DNA of 63,478 bases, counting the filler, from Octopus bimaculoides (Eukaryota): assembly GCF_001194135.2 (NCBI RefSeq). It is 8 parts of 8 records of this genome, joined end to end, with 100 filler letters (N's around TTAATTAATTAA, not from the genome) between each part and the next. Parts side by side here need not be neighbours in the genome. Positions count along the whole stretch, not along the records: positions 8,903 to 18,566 come from NC_069005.1; positions 18,667 to 25,437 come from NW_026338882.1; positions 25,538 to 33,915 come from NC_068988.1; 5 more parts are not named here. One strand, given 5' to 3'. Under the pieces are notes generated by a model. It saw only the letters and a list, made by a program, of their open reading frames with translations, did not search any database and was not told the origin of the DNA. Below, piece by piece: positions 11,901-25,614 of this stretch. The stretch's first letter is position 1. Each line of letters starts with the position of its first letter. A program made the translations under genes and the position numbers.

Positions 11901-14900
11901 ACCACCTGATTTGTACTCTACATGTGATAAAACCTTATAACCAGAGATTAGGTGGTCAGCTGTTTCTATCCCATCGTTGCAGTATCAGCACTTTAGGTCT
12001 ACACCATTTTTCATCACATTGATTTGATAATTCCGGGTCAACAAGTTCTGGTCTTGGGCAGCCAAGATAAAGCCTTCACTCTCTGCCTTTACCTCTGAGC
12101 TCCGTAACCACTGATGGGTGTGCTTCTGGTCTACATCAGCTTGTTTGCTACGAGCCACATATTTGCCATGTAGAGGTTTTTGTTCCCCCCTATCGGCCAA
12201 TTGTTCAAGCGCATTTTGCTTTGCTTTTGATTTAACCTTCTTTGCAACCACAGTTGGTGCACTTCCCTCGTGTTGTTCAGCCTGGGTATTATGCATAAAT
12301 TCACTTGAAAATTGTTTGCTCTCTAGCATAACAGAATGGAGCTTCTTACGTCTTTCATGGTTTTCAAGCTATTTTGCCAGTTCAACTGTGGTGGCTTTGT
12401 AGGATATTTCAAATTAGATCATGCTTCGACCTCCTTGAGCTCTGGGTAGGCAAAGACGATCTGCGTCTGCCTGGTTCATCTTATTGCAAGTCAGCAGCTT
12501 GTGGATTTTCCTGTCAATCTTCCTTATTTTATTCATATTCCAGTTCAACACATTGAAACCGTAAATAACAACCGGAACTGCTAAGGAATTTATAGCTAAC
12601 ACCGTGTTACATGCATTTTAGGACTACTCGAACTCTCCTGTAACACTCCTTCCTCATCTTCTCTTTTATAATTACATGTTGAATGCCAGAGCCCACGTTT
12701 ATTCCGGGGTATTTGTAAGTTTGTTCCTGCTCAAGTTCTTTTATGACTGTGTCAATATCCAAGACTACTGAATGTGAGGTTTTCAATTTCCATTTCTGGA
12801 AAGTGGCCTTGACACATTCATTAAGATCAAATTCCATCCCGATGTCATCACTGAATGCTTTCACACTACGTAATAGTCCTTCAAGCTCATTATCATCTTT
12901 GCCATAGACTTTTAAATCATCCATATAAAATGGATGACTTATTTTCTTGTTGCCAATTTTGTACCCTTACCCTGTTCTGTTAAGTTCACTTGCAAGGCGT
13001 ATTAGGGCTATGCAGAAAATTATAGTTGAAAGTGAGTCACCTTGGAAATGCCGCAGTTGGTATTAATATTTTTTTGTGATTAGTACACCATTAGAGTGGT
13101 ATAATTGGAGATTTGTATTCCACACTGACATGTACTTCAGGAATCTTGATATCACAGGAGAAACTTTGAAGATATCCAGCGATTTCAAGATCTATGAATG
13201 CGGTGTGCTGTCGAAGTCCGTTTTATAATCATTCCATGCAGAACTGCGATTTCTGCGTTTGATATGACAGTTCTTAAGGATCATGCGATTGATAAAAATT
13301 TGGTCTTTGCATCCATACGAGCCTAGTCGGCACCCTTTTTGTTCAGTGATGAAAATATGGTTCTGTTCCATAGATTTGTATGCTTTCTCCACGAGGATAT
13401 ATGTTAAAATTTTATACGTGGTAGATAGACATTTTATGGGCCGATAGTTTTGGGAAAATCTGGTATCATTATTCTTTTGGGCGTGGGTAAATAATACCTT
13501 TTGCTAACCAATCAGGTGTTTTCGTAGAATCTCTCATAATTTCATTGAATAACTGGACTAACTTATCGTGTGCACATGGGAGTGAAGCGAGCCAGAAATT
13601 TGGCACCATATCATTACCAGGAAATTTCCACTTATGAGCTTTCGTCTCATCCTTAGGTCTGCTATTGTGTGTCTTCCCATGCCTATTCTTGTAAGCTTTG
13701 GTAGGATCCTTCTGTGTGTCTAACCCGGTCTGCATTTTCATCGTAAATCTTTCTATTACTCCAGATATTTTTTCAGAAGTTTTCAACTTCTTCCATGGAA
13801 GGCGGGGCTTCAACGGTTATTTTCTTCGTCCCTGTTTCACTGTAGAATGTTTTCGCATTGGATGTGAACAGCTTATTTTGCTTGTAAAATTTGTTTCTCT
13901 TCTCAAATCTTCGTATTCTTTGAGATTTTGCTTGGATTTTTATTGCAGTGTTTCTTTTGCTGAAAACAGTTCTTCACTTGGTGAGAAACTATGTTTCCTT
14001 TTCTGGTTTTTACATTGTTTCCACAGATTAGTTAATTCATTATTTATATATTTCACCTCCCATTATTTCAATCTCATTTTCAATTTTACTTTTCCAATTT
14101 GGAATTCTTCTCAGGTTTATATTTCTTTGTCTTCCAGAAACATACAACTGGTTTCAATTGTCTTAGCAGCTGCGTAAATAATTTCATTTAAGTCAGTGAG
14201 ATCTGCTTTTAGTTCGTGTATAATTTCCTTTGTTACATGGTTTCCATTTTAATTTGTTTTCTATTGTGGATTGTATTTGAGAGATTATTGGCGTCTCTTA
14301 CAAACTTCAAGCTTATTCGGGATTTTATGCATCAGTACTATAATAGACTCTCTATGTTCTTTAGTAAATGTGTAGTCTTCAAATATTGTTTAGTTACCAC
14401 TTTCCTCGCTATCTTTATCAGGTTCATAACAATTTATATCTCCAGACGTTTGCGCTGGTTCTTCATTTCCTTGTCTTATATTTAGGTCATTTTCCGCTGT
14501 GTGCTTAATCGTAGTTATTTCACTATCCGTCAGTCTTTTATTTCTGAAGATATTCCGCCTAACACTTGCTAACTTGTTGTCGTCCAAATATAGTCTGCTG
14601 TCTTGGTTTCGTGTTCTCCATATTCGATAAGAGTATGTGGTGTGTTTCTCTAAAGGAGGTCTGCCTGATGTATAGTAATATTCGTATATTACTTCTGTAT
14701 ACACTTTCCGGACCCATTTGATCCTTTTACATTTTTCTTTTTGTGGAGGGTGTGGAGGTGGACAAGGAGGGCTCGAGTTGGGACAGTTCCCGTTCAAGTG
14801 ACCATCCAAATTCTTATTCAGCGAAGAGTTTGTGCCAGTAGACGACTTTTCGACCCCACGCTGGCTCTCTCCTGGGGGACACGCTTCCTAATTAACCATA

Positions 14901-14950
14901 AGACAAGCGATTTGGTGTACTGGAGTAGTTTGCCTTTTTGTTTCGTTAGA
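11901..14950 (-). mobile_element. R4/Dong-type non-LTR retrotransposon, 5' end through RT and Zn-knuckle, decayed by stops and frameshifts
   Basis: Frames give KRIKWVRKVYTEVIYEYY..NKLASVRRNI (N-terminal), NYRP-like ~13440, FQGDSLS ~13035, FYMDDLK ~12925, KPLHGKY..AAQDQNLLTRNY..C*YC..ETADHLISG (CCHC knuckle). Confidence 0.9.
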
Positions 14951-14994
14951 CATATTTGTGTTACAATAAAATTATTAATATTCAGCTCTATATT

Positions 14995-15178
14995 GTGGCA
15001 GATTTAGAGACGACCACTATTGTCAAGTCCGCCATTAATACTGTTACTGTTACTTTAACTTTGCTTTTACAGTATTGTCAATCGTTAATTGCCACCAATA
15101 GTGCCTTCATCTGTATAGTTGTGGCTAACGTTTGTAGCCATAGCGACAGTATAATCCCTATTTACTTAAATCTGCCAC
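14995..15178. mobile_element. Short MITE-like element with 12-bp terminal inverted repeats
   Basis: GTGGCAGATTTA (14995-15006) and TAAATCTGCCAC (15167-15178) are exact inverted repeats; no clear TSD. Confidence 0.45.
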
Positions 15179-15197
15179 CTTTACTACTACTGCGTGA

Positions 15198-15198
<1 letters not shown>

Positions 15199-15257
<59 letters not shown>

Positions 15258-15285
15258 CATCATCATCATCATAATCATCATCATC
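15199..15285 (+). repeat. (ATT)n/(ATC)n microsatellite
   Basis: Visible. Confidence 0.95.
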
Positions 15286-16589
15286 CCACCAGAGTATTTA
15301 GTTATTGCTAAATCTCAATAACGAGCCGAGACAAATAATTTCCTTAAAATGTGCGCAGTATTAAATCAGGCTTGTATGGCCTCTTCTTCTTCTTCTCCTT
15401 CTCCTCCTCCTCCTTCTTCTTTTACTTCTTCTTCTTCATTTCTTTTTCTTCCACTTCTTTTACTTCTTCTTTTTCTTCTTCTGGTAATCGTAAACAGGTA
15501 ATGGAAAACTTGAAATTAATTAAGCTAAATTCATTTTTTCCCCTTTCTTTTTTTTTTTTAACTGCATTGAAAAGCGACAAAAAGAGAGAAACTCCCCACA
15601 TGCTGGTTACAATAGCTCAAGTACGGGTTTACCTTGCGTAATTGTGTTTCATAGGGAGAAATTTAAAATTAACCAAGCCAAATTCCATTTTTATTTCTTC
15701 TTCTAATAGTTGAGAAAAGGAGAGACAGACAGAAACAGAGAGACAATGACACGCCTTACATGCTGGCAAAATACCTCCAATGCAGAATTGCCTTGTGTAA
15801 AAGTCCTTCGCGTAGATACAATCAATGTTTTTTCTACGAACAAATGCACAGGCCTTTATATACACACAGACGCGCGCACACGTGTATTAATAGATACTCA
15901 GACGTTCTTTTATGTTTGAATATCACTTCGTCTCAACATGGTGTCAGTTTCATTTTACATAGCACCATAGATATAAATATTTAATTCACATTTAATTAAC
16001 GTTTTAAACAAGAATTGTTGAAAAGAAAACATTTCGGCATTTCTACTTGCCCACGAACAAATGAAAAAATAAAAGTATTTGCTTTGTCGAAAGTACGTGA
16101 TGGTTCTTTGGCCAAAACCTGAAGGTTTTTCTACATGAAACTGAGTTAAAATAGCTGAGCATGATCGGTCGGTGATATATGATAAAACAAACATTCAGTG
16201 TGATTCGTGTCGTAACTGAAGCTGAATCGCTGAGGTAAATAAAGAAAATGTAAGTAACTCGGTGCTGTACTCATAAGGTATGGAAGGTGTGAGGCAGAAC
16301 TGGATGCTAAAATTGTAGATTTTGGCACAGTAATGTGTTAGCTTCAACTTAAGTCTTCGAAAGAGGAGAGATTGATAAAACAACCAAACTTGCTATCTTC
16401 AAATCGGTTTGCGTGTCTGTTTTCACGTATAATCATAACTGTTGATGTCAGAAGGAAAGATACGATCGCGAACACAAGCGACCGAAATATTATTCATCAA
16501 ACATTACTCAACAGGATGTATAGCTCGGGGATCGAGGAAACTCTCCAGGTCGATCCACTAATTCTTTGCACTGAGAGGTCACGGCTTGC

Positions 16590-16885
16590 TGCTGCTACTG
16601 AGATCCCCTTCGGTCATGACTGACCATGGGATTGCACCTAGAAAGTTACCCTCCCAGGCACAAGTCCGGGCAAGGTTGTTTATGGAAGACCAGCAGTCGC
16701 CCATGCATATCGGCCTCCCCTCTCCACGCCACCGATGTTATCCATTTCTACAGGTGAATGAACTGGAGCAACATGGAATAAAGTGTCTTGCTCAAGAACA
16801 CAACACGCAGCCCGGTCCGGGATTCGAACTCACAACCTCACGATCGTAAGCTCGACGCTCTAACCACTGAACCATGCGCCTTCAC
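16590..16885 (-). mobile_element. SINE family C with well preserved tRNA-like head (Arg-ACG-like)
   Basis: Minus strand GTGAAGGCGCATGGTTCAGTGGTTAGAGCGTCGAGCTTACGATCGTGAGGTTGTGAGTTCGAATCCC shows A box, B box and tRNA spacing, followed by a SINE body. Confidence 0.85.
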
Positions 16886-17204
16886 AGCTTAGGTACTATG
16901 GAATTGCTATTACAATTTCTCAGGTAACAATCGTAATACTAATTCTTCAAGCCGAGCCAACCGGCAGGAGACTTAGTGGTAGACCAAGAACGAGGTTTGA
17001 ATAATATATATTTGTCTCTGTTGGTCACGCTTTGGAAATCAACCGGCAACAGTTGCTTCAGATAAAACCGTATGGAGGAGATGCCAAAGAACTCTACCCT
17101 CACAACCCTTGCAGGAATAATGGGCGGAGAAAAGAGATGAACTTGGATCAACAAAATACTTCAATAAAATACCCATTTAACACTACCAAACCATGGATAC
17201 AATC

Positions 17205-17973
17205 TAGTGAGACATCAATGATTTTTGCATGTCGAAAATGTCTGTTCGGTGGGTGCCACGTCCAGTGACATCTGATAAAAAGCGCACGAGAAATCTGACA
17301 TTGTTTCAGGAAGATCCAGTTGGGTTTCCTTGAACGTTTCCTAACCGAGAATGAGAGTTGGCTTCACAACTTTGAGCTAGAGACAAAGAGACAATTCGTG
17401 CACAAAGAAGGCAAAGATCGCTCCATCTGCAGAGGAGTTGAAAGCCTCAGTTTTTGGGGATGCAAAAGGCATTGTGTTTATCAACTATCGTCAAAAGAAA
17501 GGGCCACAGCATCAATGGAGATTAAAACGCCAACTTGCTGAGGCAGTTACGAAAGGCTACCAAGACCAAACTCCCAGGAAAACTGACAAGAGCTGTCTTG
17601 TTTCATGGGGGAAATGCTCCAAAACACAAATCCGTGGTTTCAATGGCTGAATGTGCATGATTTAAGCTTTGAACTGGTTGATAACCCTCTCTACCATCCT
17701 AATTTGACCTCATCTGACTATCATCAGTTCCCAAACATGAAAATCGCGTGGCTGGGAGCAAGTATAGCAGTGATAGTGAGGCTATATCTGCTGCTGATGA
17801 CTTTTTTGAACTACAGGATGAAAGCTTCTACACCAATGGGATTCAAGCAGAGCAACACCAATGGAAGAAGTGTGTGGTCCGCAACGGGGACTACGTTGAA
17901 ATATAAAGCTCATCTGATCACATTCCATGAAAATATGAGAGTCATCTTATGAACTTTTCAGCCGACGCTTGTA
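17205..17973 (+). mobile_element. Mariner (Tc1/mariner DD34D) transposase C-terminal remnant plus right TIR
   Basis: KMSVRWVPR, FLERFLTENESWLH..ETKRQ, ASVF-DAKGIVFINY, DNPLYHPNLTSSDYHQFPNMK, QWKKCVVRNGDYVEI*; ends aacttttcagccgacgcttg + TA. Confidence 0.9.
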
Positions 17974-18039
17974 ATCTTAAAAATTTATCGCTGTTTTTAA
18001 TGCTCTTTGTTACTAGTGTGGCTATAATTTTGGAGACGT

Positions 18040-18185
18040 CTTCTCACTCACTCACTCACTCACTCATTTACTCACTCACTCACTCACCCACTCACTCATC
18101 ATTCAATCACCCAGTCGCTCACTCAGTAACTCTCTCGCTCACTCGCTCACTTAGTCACTCACACACTCATTCACTCATTCACTGA
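18040..18185 (+). repeat. (TCAC)n imperfect tetranucleotide repeat
   Basis: Visible. Confidence 0.9.
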
Positions 18186-18566
18186 TTTATACATTGTTTA
18201 TCATATTGCAAGATATCAATGTGCCGCATATTTGGTTGTAATCGTGAATCTCATAGTTGCAGAACTTCTTGACAGCAAAGTTTTACCTGTTCCTATTTTA
18301 TTGTCACATATTTTGTCAAGTAATTTACTCTAGTCATTAATATCGATTATAGCTCCGACCAAAATATGTTTAATCTTACGCCAAAGTCAAAAGATCAATA
18401 TTAATTTCAGCTAAAAGTTTTCTACAGACTTTATGCAAAAACGATAATTAATCTATATGTTCGTTTTATCAACTCGTCGGCTATGTAGTTAAGTTTTGTC
18501 ACTCTGAATTCCTCTTATAACATCATACGGCGATACGACTACTTGTTATATATAAATATATATATA

Positions 18567-18666
18567 NNNNNNNNNNNNNNNNNNNNNNNNNNNNNNNNNN
18601 NNNNNNNNNNTTAATTAATTAANNNNNNNNNNNNNNNNNNNNNNNNNNNNNNNNNNNNNNNNNNNN
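18567..18666. other. Artificial scaffold spacer
   Basis: 44N+TTAATTAATTAA+44N. Confidence 0.95.
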
Positions 18667-18734
<68 letters not shown>

Positions 18735-19014
18735 AGCAAGAGAGAGATAGGTATAATGAGAAAGGTGAGAAAGCCTAAGAATATTTTAGTTGTTGAAATA
18801 TTTAGGTGCAAACCTATTCATTTAAGGATCAACCATATACAACTTACCTATAACTCTGGAGAAAATGCTAAATGTTTAAAATTGTTTCCAGTTTTTCTGA
18901 CGCTGAGCGAATCTATGCTAAGTGGCGTCACCTGAATTCAAAACGCCAATAATATCAAAAATATATCCAAGCTACAATATGTAACCAGTAAATTGCATTA
19001 ATACATACACATAC

Positions 19015-19046
<32 letters not shown>

Positions 19047-19746
19047 ATGTGTGTGTGTGTGTGTGTGCATATGTGTGTGTGTGTTTATATATATGTACAT
19101 ATTTGTGTGTATGTATGTGTTTGTATATATGTGGAATTTAGCATTATGTAAGCATTGGCTTTTTTACGCATTATTCATAGGGCCATGCATATATCTGTTA
19201 CGTGATAGCGATTACATAACGTTCAACAATTTTCCAGGAACGAAACACTAATTTGTGAAAATATTTGATATCAAGAATGAGACAAATAGCATCCTGAATT
19301 CTACCTTGCAACGAGGTCAACTCTTAGACAGCTGAGTTACAATTCTATTTGTACAACTAAATGCGATTCGATAGAAGTAGATAACAAATATATCCTTAAA
19401 AATCTGTGTTTTGAAACCAAATATCGGAAGAAATTTTTTCGTTTGTTTTGTGTTTAACAGACCGTGATCGTGAAATAATCATTTATAGCGAAACAAAATA
19501 TGGCCGATTATTTCTGGAATATTAGTGGTTTACATCTGTATTACGTGAAGTACCTGTATGGGATGCAATTTTGAAATACTTCAAGAAATATTTGACAATG
19601 AAAACAGTCATAAGAGTTGTTGATTTTAATGTTAGGAGAATTTCTTTTATTATATATGTGTGTATGTATATGCATGTATTTTTTATATATAAATATATGT
19701 ATATATCTGTGTATGCATACATATATATATACACGCACACATATAA

Positions 19747-19788
<42 letters not shown>

Positions 19789-19914
19789 TAAATATATAGG
19801 GATTGACAGTAACCTGCTTCTCCAACATACTGAGAATTCAGAAATAGGAGCCAAAGAACTACTGATTCCAAAACTACAAATTATTACTCTAAATTGATAG
19901 CGATATTTTTTATA

Positions 19915-20109
19915 CACACAGAACAAAAAACAGTAGAGAAGAGTAAAAAACCACCTGCCTTTAGTTAATTTAGTACGATCGTTTCACAGTTAATATTTAG
20001 CTGAAGATCAGAATAGAGTATTCTTTACTCTTAACTGTGCAACGATCGTACTAAATTAACTAAAGGCAGGTGGTTTTTTACTCTTCTCTACTGTTTTTTG
20101 TTCTGTGTG
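19915..20109. repeat. 79-bp inverted repeat (1 mismatch) with 37-nt spacer, ending at a gap
   Basis: 19915-19993 is the reverse complement of 20031-20109 except at 19984/20040. Confidence 0.95.
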
Positions 20110-20608
20110 NNNNNNNNNNNNNNNNNNNNNNNNNNNNNNNNNNNNNNNNNNNNNNNNNNNNNNNNNNNNNNNNNNNNNNNNNNNNNNNNNNNNNNNNNNN
20201 NNNNNNNNNNNNNNNNNNNNNNNNNNNNNNNNNNNNNNNNNNNNNNNNNNNNNNNNNNNNNNNNNNNNNNNNNNNNNNNNNNNNNNNNNNNNNNNNNNNN
20301 NNNNNNNNNNNNNNNNNNNNNNNNNNNNNNNNNNNNNNNNNNNNNNNNNNNNNNNNNNNNNNNNNNNNNNNNNNNNNNNNNNNNNNNNNNNNNNNNNNNN
20401 NNNNNNNNNNNNNNNNNNNNNNNNNNNNNNNNNNNNNNNNNNNNNNNNNNNNNNNNNNNNNNNNNNNNNNNNNNNNNNNNNNNNNNNNNNNNNNNNNNNN
20501 NNNNNNNNNNNNNNNNNNNNNNNNNNNNNNNNNNNNNNNNNNNNNNNNNNNNNNNNNNNNNNNNNNNNNNNNNNNNNNNNNNNNNNNNNNNNNNNNNNNN
20601 NNNNNNNN

Positions 20609-21530
20609 ATAATTTTATGAAAATGTGTATATCTTTTATATTTTATATTATTACATTTTTATGTAACTATATACATTTCTGTAGCTCCTATAGCTTACAA
20701 AGATTTTATAATCTCTTTTCACAAAACACACGTATAATACAATATTATATTTCATATTTTTTTAATTTATAGTTACATATTTTCTTTTATAATTTTTGTT
20801 TCGCTTATATTTGACATAGTTATAAATTTATATATCCTTTTATATACATTCCTAGTGTTTGTAATTCCTAAATCATTTTCATAATGAATTTTTTATATAA
20901 CTTACTGGATATGGGAATCCTTATTTTCATATATTTTTAATAATGCAATATTCATTAAATGTTTACATGCCCAAATTAGTTTAGGTATTGCTTCCGTATG
21001 TACTCACTTATACATTTAGTATACCTTTTAATTCAATTACCCCTTACACTGGATACCATATTTTGCGATATCTTATACTTATCCTCCTGGAATGAAGCAA
21101 ATAGTTCTTCTTATTGCTTTAATATATACAATGTACTTCTACTCATATGATATTTTAATTCAATTCAGCATCCATTATAGAATTTTTTTATGACCTTATT
21201 CAACAATTTGCTTAAGAATAGTCTTATTAGTTCTTATTTATAGTATCCAATTATTAAGTTTTAAATTTAATTTCTATCCTTATTCTATATATTGATTTAA
21301 ATTTTCTCAATTTAATACAATAAATTTGCAAAGTTATAAATTACTACCTTACGTATCCTTCAATTCTAATTTCCAATTACTAATGCTTATATCACTCTTC
21401 TCTTTTGGTTTTTCATTAAATTCCCCTATATTTGACAATCAAAATAAGACGTTGGCCACCCCTATCCTTCGTTCTTCCAGAGACGACACCTTCCCCAGCA
21501 ACTCTGCGACATATCATTTTATGTAGGTAA
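20609..21530 (-). mobile_element. Very decayed, possibly L1/Tx1-like retroelement fragment
   Basis: Purine-rich minus strand with many stops; SLEERRIGVANV (~21448-21484) loosely resembles the post-RT P-xx-xGGLG motif. Confidence 0.25.
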
Positions 21531-21614
21531 AGCTAGATATATAGAAAAAGTATTAATTATAAATCTCTAAACGAGAAACATGCAACAACAGTACTTTAGA
21601 GTAATGTTATTTCA

Positions 21615-21700
21615 CAACGAAAAGTGGCAGTCCGGATTAGGAAGAATATTACTGCTATGGCAGTAACATTCGTCCTAATCAGGAAGATCACTTTACGTTG
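21615..21700. other. 86-nt imperfect hairpin (pri-miRNA-like or tiny foldback)
   Basis: 21-bp core stem 21635-21655/21660-21680 with 2 mismatches, extended by tcc/gga, aagtg/cactt and caacg/cgttg. Confidence 0.6.
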
Positions 21701-22288
21701 GCAAATAAACTTTACGCTAGTTTTATCGTTCCAGTACATTGAGAGTCAAGCATGTTGTCTGAATTTAATTGATTTAGTACTATCAAATAAATAAGTTAAT
21801 TATACTGAAATCCAGCTTTTTGCCTTTTATTTTTTTTTCATGATCTTTCACTTCAAAACTTTTTGGATACAAGTTTTTTTGCATTGGAACAAAACTATGA
21901 AATTCTTCACGCTTTCTTCTAAGATGAATATATTTTGCTTTTAAAATAAAAAAAAAAAATTATATCTAAACTTGATTGGTGGCATTACTTACTCTCCTAT
22001 CACGTTCCTACAAACTTTGACGTAAACTTTTGTCTACTGGATCAAATCTCAATTTTTTTACGCCAAAATGTAGCTTGGGACAATTCCCCTTCAAAAATGC
22101 TAACACTTTTCACTTTGAGTAAGAGTTGAATTAGCGACAAACTCCGAAATATGGTGCGTGTGAATGAATTGCAGCCTTGAGAATATTATTCAAGTAGTAC
22201 CGTAGTCGAATGATATATGTATACATACATGCATGCATACATACATACATACATACATACATAATACATACATACATACATATGCATG

Positions 22289-22322
<34 letters not shown>

Positions 22323-24488
22323 TGTGCGTGTGTTTCGTTTTATAAGAGTCCTGTTCGTTTAGTGATTTGATTATTTTGAGAAACGTTTATTTTCTTTTAG
22401 AATGTTTGTAAATATTGATAACATTTACGGGTGGCTATTGATTTAAAGCAAATTTCTCGTAAAACAACAACCCTGTTTTACTATATATATATTTTCTGCC
22501 TGAAAAACCATCAGTAATGTTATTGAATTGCATATATGTTCTAAAAAGATTTACGAGTTTCATCGAACTTCGAATGCTTGCAAGTCAGCGAAACATGTTC
22601 AAATTTGCTGTTCGAATTGCTTGTAGACAATATGTTGTGAATTACAGAACTTATAGAATGTCATTTAAAGGTTTTCAGGTGTGGCAATTTCAGTTTGTTT
22701 ATTGTGCCTAGTTTGGTCAGCATTCGTATTTTAGAAATGGTAGAGACATCGATTCAAGTATTCTTTCTCTGAGAGTGAGAGAGCAAGCCACTGAATTTTA
22801 TATCAGCATTCTCATAATTAAGAAACATTACAAGAAGCTAGAATAAGTTTCAAAGTAGAGAAAATCGGTTTTTCATGTTCTTTGAGCAGTAAATCGGCAA
22901 CAAATGTTTGGTTGTTGTGAAACGCTCCATATATACAAAATCGAAGTAATTTTATAAAAGCTGATCATGACTAGAGATAGGATATGAGTTCTTTACAGAA
23001 TTGTTTTGCACCAAGAAGTTAATATGTCAGTTTGTCTCAAGTTATCAACCGTAGTATAGTTTTTCTCTAATAGAACATCCAAGTTTAAGTGGGGATAAGT
23101 ATTCCTTCTCGGTAATAATACTCTCTCTGTTGCTAGTATATATTTGTATTGATACGGAATGTCTATTTATTTCAAACAATTGCAGTTGCATTCCTTTATA
23201 TAATTTATATTTCGGTTACACAAGAGCAAAAGACTTCAGCATGCACGCTGCATATATTTACCGCAACTTGTTACGATGGATTATATGAGTCTATGAGGAG
23301 TTACCTATATAAATGCAATAGATCTATCTATGAGAAAAAGACAGCTATACTCTGTCTAAAGTCAGAGCCTAAAGAATAAATTTTAAAATGTAATATAATG
23401 GAACGTGAAGTGGCTATGTTCATAGGTTTATTTGATCACAGTTGATCTAAAACTGAATAACTTCAACGTTTATCTATATTTGCCGATGTCTCTATGTAGT
23501 AACAGTAACACAAATTCAATCGGCATTTAATTCCATCTTATGGCTTTAAATAATGATGGATAGATTTGATAATGCGGGCTTTATTACACTGCCTCTTAAT
23601 AAAAATGATGATTATCTTGGTAATACATAAGGAAATTCGATATTATTTGACCTGCTGAAATAACAGACAGATACACCCTTTCATTGCGTATTGTCTCTAA
23701 GATATTTCCTTCTTCTATTATAGCGGCTGAAGTCTAGACTTATATCTTAGGTTAGCGTTTGTTAAATTGACAACTTTGGTGTTACTATTATCGATATATT
23801 TAACTCTATCGCTTAGTGAAGAGGAAGGGCAGTAACCTGTTTAACTTTATTGATCTCTGAGACTGATGAGAAGGAAGATGCGAAGTAGACTTGAAACAAT
23901 CACAAATCTTGCTCAAATATTTGCAACGAAATAAACTCAGCTAAAGACACTCTAGAATCATGTTGTTTACTTCAACTTTTTGCCACTGTAAAGCTCTTGG
24001 TTTATCCGGTATCTTGCACTCTACCATATCAATGTGTTGTTTGAATTATTCTGCTTTATGTGATACTTTGGGGGAATAAGAGATATTGATGATTCCTGAA
24101 TATTTAAACCGAGAAACAAACAATAATATTGATATAATAGACAGTACGAGCTGCAAGTACTACCAGTGTTCTGTGTCGGCAAACAGTGTGTATAGACAGT
24201 TCAAAAGTGTAATAAATTGGTTAGCCGTGGGGAAGGGGAAAGCATGATGTTACGGATAATAACCTCAGCCAGTGAGCGATATTATAATTATATTATAGCA
24301 GATCGTATAATTTTGTCAACGAAAGTTAGCGTATCTTGATACCGGAACTAATGGAGGTTAGTTATTCATGAAGACATGTTCCATGGAATGACGTTATGTT
24401 CAAAGTCTTAATACCGATACTAATATTAGAAGTAATAATTATCGTTACTAATATTCTCATTATTGTTAATGCCGCATCCACTACTACA

Positions 24489-24542
<54 letters not shown>

Positions 24543-25001
24543 GCTATTATTGAAGTGATAAACCACTATGTCATCAGAAATAATCTCTACATGTATTTCT
24601 TTGAAGTCTGATGTCAAAATGTTATAGTTGAATAAAAGCATGTTAGGTGTCATCTGCATATCAAATTTTCTCTGTCGCCTCACCGATATGGAAACATAAT
24701 CACTATTTGTACAGTGATCTGGTTATTGTAGCAATAGAAAAAAGAATAAAAAATAGCCATAAAGTTCTGATAATCAGTGAGGTATTACGCTGCATACGAC
24801 TGATGATTTATCTATTCATCTAGCAGTATACATACACACACACACACTCACACACGCACATCACACACACACACACTAACACACACACACACAGATACAT
24901 ACATACATACATATATATATATTCTGCTTTTTAAATATTACTACGTGTATACGTACACACACATATAAACATATGTATATAAATATGGTTATCTTCGTAT
25001 A

Positions 25002-25036
<35 letters not shown>

Positions 25037-25437
25037 NNNNNNNNNNATATATATATATATACATACATATTGGCATCCACCCTTTTTTGATTTTATAATT
25101 TTCCCCCTCTCTGATTCCTTCCACGCTTCAAGAACTTTCTCTCTACTAGACTATCAGTTAATTACAGGTAGGTAGATGTGTGCATTGCAGGTAGTCAGTC
25201 AGTCTCCGCCTTCTTCATCCCTTTCAGTTCCAAACTACCTCATTACACATCCAGACATCCTGTGTGTATGCGTGTATGCATAAGTGTAATTGTTTGAGTG
25301 CATGTATGTATCTGTCTATGCATATGTATGTTTATATCTATATGCTTGTATATAAATATATATATACATACATACATACATATATATAAGCCGCTGTGAA
25401 GGCAAGACGAACTACTAGCGTTCTACCTCAGATTTGC

Positions 25438-25537
25438 NNNNNNNNNNNNNNNNNNNNNNNNNNNNNNNNNNNNNNNNNNNNTTAATTAATTAANNNNNNN
25501 NNNNNNNNNNNNNNNNNNNNNNNNNNNNNNNNNNNNN
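25438..25537. other. Artificial scaffold spacer
   Basis: 44N+TTAATTAATTAA+44N. Confidence 0.95.
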
Positions 25538-25576
<39 letters not shown>

Positions 25577-25614
25577 CATTTATATATGTATATATCTATC
25601 TATCTATATATATA

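Noticed and set aside
16810-16885. Functional tRNA gene
   Set aside because: The acceptor and anticodon stems do not pair properly and the sequence continues into a multicopy SINE body.
21206-21222. 13-nt match to mature miR-137 (ttgcttaagaata)
   Set aside because: Both ends diverge from the mature sequence and there is no hairpin.
23860-23900. CTGATGA..GAAAC hammerhead pattern
   Set aside because: No convincing stem II, stem I or stem III pairing.
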